Shown piece by piece: positions 1-12,900 of a DNA stretch of 64,000 nucleotides; positions within the stretch are counted from its first letter, which is position 1; each line of letters opens with the position of its first letter. The stretch comes from Eledone cirrhosa. Its lineage: Eukaryota. The stretch lies in NCBI GenBank assembly GCA_964016885.1, contig CAXHJY010000736.1, forward strand, positions 1-64,000, read 5' to 3'. Both the position numbers and the translations under genes were made by a program. The notes beneath the pieces are model-generated. The model worked only from the letters and a program-made list of their open reading frames with translations. It had not been told where the DNA came from and searched no databases.

Positions 1-416
1 ATATATATATGATATATTTAGGGAGCAGTGGGTGTTAGGGCAAGACGTGTTTTCTTGGGCTCTGCTAGAGTCAGCAGCAACACACAACCACGTGTTGCTA
101 CACACACACAAGAGGAAAGAGAAAATTTAAAATTTATGAGACCAATAGAGATATGTACATTTATATATTTATATCTAGATATTGCTATTATCATTTACAG
201 TCCCTCTGTGTTTAATGTATGTTCATTAGTATATGTGTTGTTATTTCTGCTTGCATTTTGCATATATACATATATATATCTATATAATATATCTATATAA
301 TATATTATGCATACTCCAGTCCCACAAACTGTAGAGTGCTTCTTATCCGATATCTGCATTGCTTTATTGTACTACAATAAAACTCACCTCCTACATATAT
401 ATATCTATATATATGC

Positions 417-670
417 TTGCGTGGACCCCTCTCAAAAATTCGTTGGATTTTCTAATTGGATACCCTAACACTGGATACCAATACTGAATACACCTGAACT
501 TCTACCAGGAAATCTTTCGTTGTCATTTCTGCTTGCATTTTACATATATAGATATATATATCAATGGTTGCGTGGACCCCTCTTAAAGATTCGTTGGATT
601 TTCTAATTGGATACCCCGAAACTGGATACCAATTACTGAATACACCTGAACTTCTACCAGGAAATCTTTC
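417..670. repeat. Direct tandem duplication of a ~100-bp unique segment (period ~151 bp)
   Basis: TTGCGTGGACCCCTCT..TTCGTTGGATTTTCTAATTGGATACCC..CACCTGAACTTCTACCAGGAAATCTTTC occurs at 417-518 and 568-670 with a few substitutions/indels. Confidence 0.9.
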
Positions 671-1004
671 ATATCAGTGAAAATTTTCTTTTCTTTGCTT
701 CATATATATATACTATATATACTTGTCCGCCATTGCAAAAGGCCATAAATTCAAAATTTTGAAGAGAGAGGAAAAGAGAGAAGTGATCTATGAACTTGTA
801 ACATCTCACTGACCCCCCCCCCCCCCCCCCCCGTCATCACAATAACAATAACGCCTACACTCGCTCCCCACCATCACCACATTACTCTAAGGTCGCTGTC
901 CTGTCCCCTGTTGACTTACTGCTGACTCTCCTTTGATGTATGTATGTGTATATACATATGTGTATGTGTGTGTATATGTATATCTCAGTGGATGCGACCA
1001 GATT

Positions 1005-1300
1005 TCAACACAGCAACAACTACAACAACAACAGCACCAACAACAACAACAGCAACAACACCATCGTCTGTGTTGAATGTGTGTGTATGTATTTGTATAT
1101 ATGCGACAGCAATAACAGCATCAACACCATTGTCTGCAGCAACAGCAGCAGTGAAATGAAGGACAACAACAACAGTAACAACTACAATTAACAACTACAG
1201 CACCAACAACTGCCACCACCATCACTGACCATCCACCACCACCACGCTGATACCATCCACCACCACCACACTGACACCATCCACCACCGCCATTACCAGC
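1005..1300. repeat. Degenerate (CAA/CAG)n and (CCA)n trinucleotide microsatellites
   Basis: Runs of aacaacagc and ccaccacca visible directly. Confidence 0.85.
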
Positions 1301-1579
1301 GTAAAGAAACAATTATTATTGTTATTGTTATTATATACAAGCCGAACTGGACTGGGAAAGGTCAACAGTTGACATGATAGTGATTTTGACGATTTTGACT
1401 TTGATTTTGATTTTGTATCAGTACTGTCGGTAATATATGTATATATATATATATGTTTGTGAGTGGTGTGTGTGATTGTATGCATGAATGAGTGTTGGTA
1501 TGTGTGGTTGTGGTTTGTATGCATGAGTATTAGTGTGTGAGTCGTGTCAATAAGTTTTTTTTTTTTTTTTTTTTTTTCT

Positions 1580-4500
1580 AATGACCATGCTGTAAAATGG
1601 AGGGGTAGAGAGGGCCCTTGAGTCTAGTAAGACATCCTCTCTAGTGCACAAATAAAAGCACCCAGTCCATGCTGTAAAGTGGCGCTGGTGTTAGGAAGGG
1701 CATCCAACCAGTGTATCAATGCCAAAAAGCTTATCAGCACAGCAACAAAACAGCATAGAAAAATATGAAGACGTCGCATCTCAGAGTTGCAACACTTAAT
1801 GTTGGCACTCTCAGAGGTAGGTCTGCTGAAATAGCGGAGATGCTGGAGAGAAGGCAGGTGGATGTGTGCTGCGTGCAAGAGGTGAGATGGAGGGGTGCCT
1901 CTGCGACACTAGTCGTAGGCAAGCGTCTTAGCTATAAGCTATTCTGGGTAGGTAAGGATGATGGGTTAGGGGGAGTAGGCATTTTCCTGGCTGAGAAATG
2001 GATCAATAAGACAATAGAGGTAGTTCGAGTTAGTAATCGAATAATTAAGCTTAGATTAGTTGTAGGTAGGAGACTACTGACAATCATCTCGGTCTATGCT
2101 CCCCAAGCAGGCCTAGGCAAAGATGAGAAAGACTGCTTTTATGAGCAACTTTTGCAAACAACCACAATGACAGAGGACGGAGACATCGTTATGCTAGCAG
2201 GAGACTTCAATGGTCATGTTGGACAGCTCCAGGATGGTTACACTGGGGTACATGGTGGGCACGGTTACGGTTCAAGAAATGAAGAAGGAGTGAGACTTCT
2301 TGAATTTTGTGATGCAAGTACATTGACTATTTGCAACACAAACTTCCAGAAACCTGCCAATCACCTAATAACCTACAAATCTGGTGAGCACATAAGCCAG
2401 ATTGACTTCCTGCTAGTTAGGCAGCGGGACAGGCAGATAGTGTCTAATACCAAGGCATACCCTGGGGAAGAATGTACCCCACAGCATAGGTTAGTTGTTA
2501 GTGATATCTCAGTAAGCAAGAGATGGAATGAGACATATAGGAAGGTGTGGAGAAGAAAGGTCTGGAAGCTAAAAGACCTTTCATTAAAATTCAAATTTAG
2601 GAAAGCCCTTCAAGATGTATATGACGAAAAAGAAGACGATTTAGAGACGTATGACATAGATAATAACTGGAAGTTCTTACGTGACAACTTGCTGAAGGCT
2701 ACTGATGAAACCTGTGGCTGGAGCAGAGCTCCAACCAGACAGAGAGTGACCTGGTGGTGGAACAGCAGTGTAGATAAGGCTATTAGAGACAAAAGACTAG
2801 CATGGAAGGCTTGGAATAAGGGTGGGAGTAGGGAAGAATATACAGCCACTAAGAGAGAAGCTAGACGTCAGGTGTACTTAGCACGCAGGGAGGCAGAGAG
2901 TAGGAGGTTTGCCAATGTTCTGCGACGGGAAGATCAGAGGCGTGCGGTGTTCCACATTGCAAGGCAGTGTGTCAATGCAAATCAGGATGTTGTTGGTGAT
3001 AAATGTGTCCGGGATGATGCCGGTGTACTTAGTGTCACGAATGACCAGAAAAAGGAGGCCTGGAAATGTCATTATGAGAGACTGATGAATGTGGAGAACG
3101 AATGGGAGAGAGAGAAATTACCCTTGGTAGATCCGACAGAGGGACCAGCTATTGAGATTGACGAATATAGGGTCCAAGAGGCGATTAGGGAAATGAAAAA
3201 TGGTAAGGCGGCCGGACCATCGGGAATAGTTGCTGAGATGCTGAAGGCATCAGGGGACGTAGGCACTAAACTGGTTGCACGCATAATCAATCAGGCTATA
3301 TATGGTGGTGTCATACCCAAAGACTGGTGCAGCAGTATTCTCATAAATTGCTACAAAGGTAAAGGGGATGCTTTGGAGAGGAGCAATTATAGGGGTATAA
3401 AACTGATAGATCAGGTTATGAAAGTGGCAGAAAGGATTTTAGCACAACTAATTAGAGAAAGGGTCAAACTTGATGAGATGCAGTTTGGTTTTGTGCCTGG
3501 GAAGAGTACAACAGATGCCCTCTTCTTGGTGAGACAAATGCAAGAGAGGTTCTTAGAGAAGAATAAGCCACTATACTTAGCCTTTGTTGACCTAGAGAAG
3601 GCCTTTGATAGGGTACCCCGATCTGTCATCTGGTGGTCCCTAAGGAAGCTGGGTGTTGAGGAATGGCTTGTAAGGACAGTGCAAACTTTGTACAGAGGTA
3701 CGCTCAGTAAAGTCAGGGTAGGAATGGAGTTTAGTGAGGAATTCCAGATACAAGTAGGAGTACATCAGGGTTCGGTCCTCAGCCCGCTCTTGTCATTATA
3801 GTCCTCCAAGCCATAACAGAGGAGTTTAAGACTGGCTGTCCATGGGAACTTCTCTATGCTGACGATCTGGCTCTTATGGCAGAATCAGTAGAGGAGCTAG
3901 AGAATAAATTCCGGCTATGGAAACAGCAGTTGGAAGCAAGAGGACTGAGAGTAAATCTAGCTAAGACAAAAGTGTTGATGAGTAGAAAAGAGGACAAAAC
4001 CCTGATTCCGTCAGGGAAATGGCCATGTTCGATATGCAGAAAAGGAACTGGCATAAATTCTATAAAATGCACACAATGTAGGTCCTGGGTACACAAGAGA
4101 TGTAGCGGGATAGCAGGCAAACTAACAGGTAGGGAGAAATATGTATGCAGTAGATGTACAGGGAAGTTAGACAGTAGAAGTCGCACTGATAGACACATTT
4201 TTCAAATGCGAGAGGGCGCTATAGAAGTGGTGGATAGCTTCCGGTACCTAGGAGATCAGATTAGCATGGGAGGAGGGTGTTCCGAGGCCATAGTATCTAG
4301 AATAAGGACGGGTTGGAAGAAGTTTAGGGAGCTGCTTCCTCTGTTGACGAAGAAGGGTTTCTCCCTGCGTACGAAAGGCCGGTTGTATGATGCCTGTGTG
4401 AGGAGCGCGATGCTGCATGGTAGTGAGACATGGGCAGCTACCGCAGAAGATATGCGACGGCTGGAGAGAAATGAGGCAAGCATGCTCCGTTGGATGTGCA

Positions 4501-4854
4501 GTGTAAATGTGCGTGAACGACCCAGCATAAATGTGTTGAGAGAGAAACTGTGTCTGAGAGGGATAGAATGTAGTGTACGGGAGAGGAGACTGAGGTGGTA
4601 TGGACATGTGATGCGCATGGAGGATGACCGATGGGTGAAGAAGTGCCAGGAAATGCCAGTTGAAGGAAGACGTGGTAGAGGTAGACCACGAAAAACATGG
4701 GCGGAGGTGGTGAGAACAGACCTCAGATCATTGAAGCTCACGGTGGAGATGACGAGGGACCGTGACGAGTGGAGAGATGCTGTGCTGAATAAGACCCGTC
4801 CCACCCTTGCAAGCAGGGAAAAGCGGACGTAAAATGATGATGATGATGATGATG

Positions 4855-4856
<2 letters not shown>
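1580..4856 (+). mobile_element. RTE-clade non-LTR retrotransposon, near full length (copy 1)
   Basis: Short 5' UTR, a single APE endonuclease + RT ORF broken by one frameshift, and a 3' end CGGACGTAAA followed by a (GAT)n tail at ~4834-4856. Single-ORF architecture with a microsatellite tail is typical of RTE LINEs. The 5' boundary is approximate. Confidence 0.93.
1765..4832 (+). pseudogene. RTE ORF (APE endonuclease - RT with PHD-type finger - C-terminal domain), split by one 1-nt deletion at ~3793
   Basis: APE motifs TLNVGTL, CVQEVRW, SVYAPQ, GDFNGHVG, QIDF and QHRLV. RT motifs NYRGIKL, QFGF, FVDLEKAFD, GVHQGSVLSPLL, YADD (3855-3866) and FRYLG. Adding one T in TTG-TC-ATT restores SPLLFIIVLQ and a 1022-aa ORF joining track ORFs 1765..3801 and 3876..4832. 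Confidence 0.92.
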
Positions 4857-7190
<2,334 letters not shown>

Positions 7191-7191
<1 letters not shown>

Positions 7192-9732
7192 ACCTGGAAA
7201 CAGGCCAACCTGGAGAAGAAAGATCTGGAAGCTGAAAGACCCCTCAGCCAGTAACAGATTTAAAGATAATTTACTCAACGCCTACGACAGTAAAGAAGAA
7301 CAGATAGAGACATTCAATGTAGAAGAGCACTGGGAGTTCCTAAAAAATAACGTACTAGAGGCGACGGATGAGTTCTGTGGTTGGAGTAAGACCACATGCA
7401 GGAGGAGAGTGACATGGTGGTGGAACAATAAGGTAGATGAGGCAGTTAAGGCCAAGAGACAGGCATGGAAAGAATGGAAGAACGGGGGAAACAGGGTACA
7501 TTACATAGAGGGAAGCTAGGCGACAAGTATACTTAGCTAGGAGGGAAGCAGAAGATAGAAAATTCAAGTATGTTTTGCAACGTGAGAACCAGAAACAGGA
7601 GGTGTACAAGATTGCGAGGCAGTGTGTCAGAGAGAATTGTGATGTCATTGGAGAGAAGTGAATCCGGAATGATAAAGGTGAGCTTGCCCTCACAAGTGCT
7701 GAGAAGAAAGATGCATGGAAGAGCCATTATGATAGATTACTAAATGAGGAAAGTGCATGGGAAGAAGAGGCCCTACCCCAAGTAGACCCTATAGAGTACA
7801 AGTCAGCAGCAGTGTAGTAAGTAAGGCAATCAAAGATATGAAGATGGGGAAGGTCCATCAGGGTATAGCTGTCGAGATGCTGAAGGCATCTGGGTCTGTA
7901 GGTCACACTATAACCACACGTATTGTTAACCAGGTAATACTAGACGGTGTCATACCAAAAGATTGGTGCAGTAGCATCATTGTCAATTGCTACAAAGGTA
8001 AAGGTGATGCACTAGATAGAGGAAACTATAGAGATATAAAGCTGATGGACCAGGTCATGAAAGTAACAGAAAGAGTTATAACACAGCTGATTAGGGACCG
8101 GGTGAAACTAGATGAGATGCAATTTGGATTTGTACCAGGAAGAGGCACCGCTGATGCCCTCTTCCTTGTGAGGCAGTTACAGGAAAAGTACCTAGCTAAA
8201 CGTAAGCCACTCTACCTGGCATTCGTCGATCTCGAGAAAGCTTTGACAGAGTTCCACGTGCTATAATCTGGTGGGCTCTTAGAAAACTAGGAGTAGATGA
8301 ATGGCTTGTGAAAGCTGTACAAGCCATGTATAGGGGACTAGTCAGCAAAGTTAGGATTAGCAATGAGTATAGCGAGGGATTTAGCGTACAGGTTGGTGTC
8401 CACCAGGACTCTGTTCTTAGCCACCTCCTGTTCATCATAGTCCTGCAGGCAATAACGGAGGAGTTTAAGACCGGATGCCCATGGGAACTCCTGTATGCAG
8501 ATGTCCTCGCACTTATAGCTGAATTTATGGTAGAACTAGAGAAGAAATTCCAAACTTGGAAGCAGGGACTAGAAAGAAAGGGTCTCAAAGTCAACCTGAC
8601 AAAGACTAAGGTCCTTGTAAGTAGACTAGAAAACAGAACCCAGATCCCCTCAGGGAAATGGCCTTGCTCAGTATGTAGGAAAGGTGTAGGTAGGAACTCC
8701 ATTCTCGCTCCAAATGCAAACAATTGGTACACAAGAGATGTAGCGGGATCTCAGGAAGCTTAATTAAGAATGTAGGCTTCACATGTAGCAGCTGTGCTGG
8801 GACAGCAAGCAGCGAACTGCCACAGGAAACAAGTACAACCAATCTCTGGGAGGGCTCTGTAGAAACAGTAGACAGCTTCTGCTACCTAGGTGACCGAATT
8901 AGCAGCGGAGGTGGGTGTTCAGAAAGTACAATAACTAGGGTAAGAACGGGATGGAAGAAGTTCAGGGAACTACTGCCACTGCTAGCTGCAAAAGGCTTTT
9001 CCCTCAAAAAGAAAGGCAGACTGTATGATGCGTGTATCCGAACAGCGATGTTACATGGTAGTGAGACCTGGCCGCTGAAGGTGGAAGACTTACCTAGATT
9101 AGAAAGAAACGAAGCCTGCATGCTCCGATGGATGTGTAATAGTAATATACGCAAACGGCAAAGCATAAATGAATTGAGAGAGAGACTGAGCATAAGAGGA
9201 ATCAAATGCTGTGTGTAGGAGAGACTGTTGCGTTGGTATGGACATGTGATGCGTATGAAGGATGACAGCTGCATAAAAAGGTGCAGAGCACTAGAAGTCA
9301 ATGGAAACCGCGGAGTGGGGAGCCCCAAGAAGACCTGGGATGAGGTGATAAAAGCCGACCTTACCCAATTACACCTCCAAAGGCGATGACACACAACCGT
9401 GACCTCTGGCGTCACGCAGTAATACAGAGTACCCGACCTCCCATGGGTACAAGCTGAAGCATATAGACAATATGCCCCACACCCTCCCACTGCAAAGTGG
9501 TCGTGGAGGTGCCATGGCATAAAAAGCACCCAGCCCACACTGTAAAGTGGACGTGTAGGCGCCACAAAAAAAAGCACCCGGCACTCACTGTAAATGAGGT
9601 TGGTGTTAGGAAGGGCATCCAGCTGTAGAAATCAAGCCAAAATCAGTTCCTGTGTGAGCAAGGCATGGACAACCCGTCTAACCCATGCTAGAGTGGAAGA
9701 ACGGACATAAAACGGTGATGATGATGATGATA
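7191..9732 (+). mobile_element. 5'-truncated, decayed RTE LINE (copy 2)
   Basis: Collinear homology to copy 1 from the [10 protein letters not shown] region onward. Multiple stops and frameshifts; YADD is mutated to YADV. PHD finger remnant, ~290-bp 3' UTR and (GAT)n tail at ~9716-9732. Confidence 0.92.
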
Positions 9733-9862
9733 ATATATATATATATATATATACCCCCCATACACACGCATCCACTTACCCCCCCACCCCCACCCACACA
9801 CATATACATATATATTTATGGAGTGGGGCATGATATATTAAAAATCGTATTGTAAATTTCAG

Positions 9863-9918
9863 GTGGTGGGGGAAAATAATTGATATCACCAAATTACGCA
9901 TTAATATTGTTATACCTG
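9863..9918 (+). CDS. Candidate short internal coding exon (WWGKIIDITKLRINIVIP)
   Basis: Preceded by a TTTCAG acceptor and open in one frame. Ends in phase 1 at a weak GTAGAT donor. No recognised homology. Confidence 0.2.
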
Positions 9919-12900
9919 GTAGATAGTACAGGTGTTAGTGGGGTGTGACAGATAGTACAGGTGTTGGTGGGGTGACAGATAGTACAGGTGTTGGTGGGGG
10001 TGTAACAAATGATACTGGTGTTGGTGGCGTGTGACAGATAGTACAGGTGTTGCTGGGCTGTAACAGATAGTACAGGTGCTGGTGCGGTGTGACAGTACAG
10101 GTGTTGGTGGGGTGTGACAGATAGTACAGGTGTTAGTGGGGTGTGATAGATAGTACAGAGGTTGGTGGGGTGTGACAAATAGTACAGGAGTTAGTGGGGT
10201 GTAACAGATAGTACAGGATTTAGTGGGGTGTGATAGATATTACAGGAGTTAGTGGGGTGTGACAGATAGTACAGGTGTTAGTCGGTTGTGACAGATAGTT
10301 CAGGTGTTGGTGGGGTGTAACAGATAATACAGGTGTTAATGGGCTGTGACAGATAGTACAGGTGTTAGTGGCATGTGACAGATATTTAAGGTGTTAGTGG
10401 GGTGTGATAGATAGTACAGGTGTTGGAGTGTAACAGATAGTATAGGTGTTGGTGGGGTGTGACAGATAGTTCAGGTGTTGGTGGGTTGTAACAGAGAGTA
10501 CAGGTGTAAGTGGGCTGTGACAGATAGTTCAGGTGTTGGTGTGGTGTGACAGATAGTACAGGTGTTGGTGGGGTGTCACAGATTATACAGGTGTTGGTGG
10601 GCTGTAACATATAGTATAGGTGTTGGTGGGGTGTGACAGTACAGGTGTTAGTGGGGTGTGACAGATAGTAGAGGTGTTGGTGGGGTGTGACAGATAGTAC
10701 AGGAGTTAGTGGGGTGTAACAGATAGTATAGGTGTTGGTGGGGTGTGACAGATAGTATAGGTGTTAGTGGCGGGTGACACATAATATATGTGTTAGTGGG
10801 CTGTGATAGTACAGGTGTTAGTGGGGTGTGACAGATAGTACAGGTATTAGTCAGGTGAGACAGATAGTATAGGTGTTGGTGGGGTGTGACAGATAATACA
10901 GGTGTTAGTGGCATGTGACAGATATTTAAGGTTTTAGTGGGGTGTGATAGATAGTACAGGTGTTGGAGTGTAACAGATAGTATATGTGTTAGTGGGCTGT
11001 GATAGTACAGATGTTGGTGGGGTGTGATAGATAGTTCAGGTGTTGGTGGGTTGTAACAGAGAGTACAGGTGTAAGTGGGCTGTGACAGATAGTTCAGGTG
11101 TTGGTGTGGTGTGACAGATAGTACAGGTGTTGGTGGGGTGTCACAGATTATACAGGTGTTGGTGGGCTGTAACATATAGTATAGGTGTTGGTGGGGTGTG
11201 ACAGTACAGGTGTTAGTGGGGTGTGACAGATAGTAGAGGTGTTGGTGGGGTGTGACAGAGAGTGCAGGTGTTAGTGGGGTGTCAGAATAGTACAGGTGTT
11301 GGTGGGGTGTAACGGATAGTACAGGAGTTAGTGGGGTGTAACAGATAGTATAGGTGTTGGTGGGGTGTGACAGATAGTATAGGTGTTAGTGGCGGGTGAC
11401 ACATAATATATGTGTTAGTGGGCTGTGATAGTACAAGTGTTAGTGGGGTGTGACAGATAGTATAGGTGTTGGTGGGGTGTGACAGATATTTAAGGTTTTA
11501 GTGGGGTGTGATAGATAGTACAGGTGTTGGTGGGGTGTGACAGTACAGGTGTTAGTGGGGTGTGACAGATAGTTTAGGTGTCGGTGGGGTGTAACATAGT
11601 ACAGGTGTTGGTGGGGTGTGACAGTACAGGTGTTAGTGGGGTGTGACAGATAGTACAGGTGTTGGTTGGGTGTAACAGATAGTACAGGTGTTGGTGGAGT
11701 GTGACAGATATTATAGGTGTTAGTGAGGTGTGACAGATAGTACAGGTGTTGGTGGGGTGTGACAGATAGTACAGGTGTTGGTGGGGTGTGACAGATAGTT
11801 CTAGTGTTAGTGAGGTGTAACAGATAGTACAACTGTTAGTGGGGTGTGACAGATAGTACAGGTGAGGGTGGGGTGTAACAGATAGTACAGGTTTTAGTGG
11901 GGTGTAACAGATAGTACAGGTATTAGTGGGATGTGACAGATAGTACAGGTGTTAATGGGGTGTGACAGAGAGAACAGGTGTTAGTGGGGTGTGACAGAGA
12001 GAACAGGTGTTGGTGGGGTGTGACAGATAGTACAGATGTTGGTGGGGTGTAAGAGATAGTACAGTTATTAGTGAGGTGTGACAGATAGTACAGCAGTTCG
12101 CGGGGTGTGATAGATAGTACAGGTGTTGGTGGGTTGTAACAGATAGTACAGGTGTTGTTGGGGTGTGACAGATAGTACAGGTGTTGGAGGGGTGTAACAG
12201 ATAGCACAGGTGGTAGTGGGACGTGACAGATAGTACAGGTGTTGGTGGGTTGTAACAGATAGTACAGGTGTTGGAGGGGTGTAACAGATAGTACAGGTGT
12301 TAGTGAGGTGTGACAGATAGTACAGGTGTTGGTGGATTGTAACAGATAGTACAGGTGTTGGTGAGGTCTGACAGTACTGGTGTTAGTGGGGTGTGACAGA
12401 TAGTACAGATGTTGGTGGGGGTTTAACTGATAGTATAGGTGTTGGTGGGGTGTGACAGATAGTACAGGTATTGGTGGGGTGTGACATATAGTAAAGGTGT
12501 TGGTGGGGTGTGACAGATAGTAGCGGTGTTAGTGGGATGTGACAGATAGTATAGATGTTGGTGGGTTGTAACAGATAGTACAGGCGTTGGTGGGGTGTAA
12601 CAAATAGTACAGGTGTTGGTGGGGTGTGACAGATAGTACCGGTGTTAGTGGGATGTCACAGATAGTACAGGTTTTGCTGGGGTGTGACAGATAGTACAGG
12701 GGTTGGTTGGGTGTAACAGATAGTACAGGTGTTAGTGGGATGTGACAGATAGTACAGGTGTTGGTGGGGTGTAACAGAAAGTAGAGGAGTTGGTGGGGTG
12801 TGACAGAGAGTACAGGTGTTAGTGGGGTGTAACAGATAGTAGAAGAGTTGGTGGAGTGTGACAGATAGTTCAGGTGTTAGTGGGGTGTGACAGATAGTAC

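Noticed and set aside
813-1577. Poly(C) run at ~813-832 and poly(T) run at ~1555-1577 as element boundaries
   Set aside because: I found no matching target-site duplication or associated element body, so they are treated as simple homopolymers.
2373-4607. Antisense ORFs over the RTE copies (and over the Tx1 ORF2)
   Set aside because: They are short shadows of the coding strand with no recognisable motifs.
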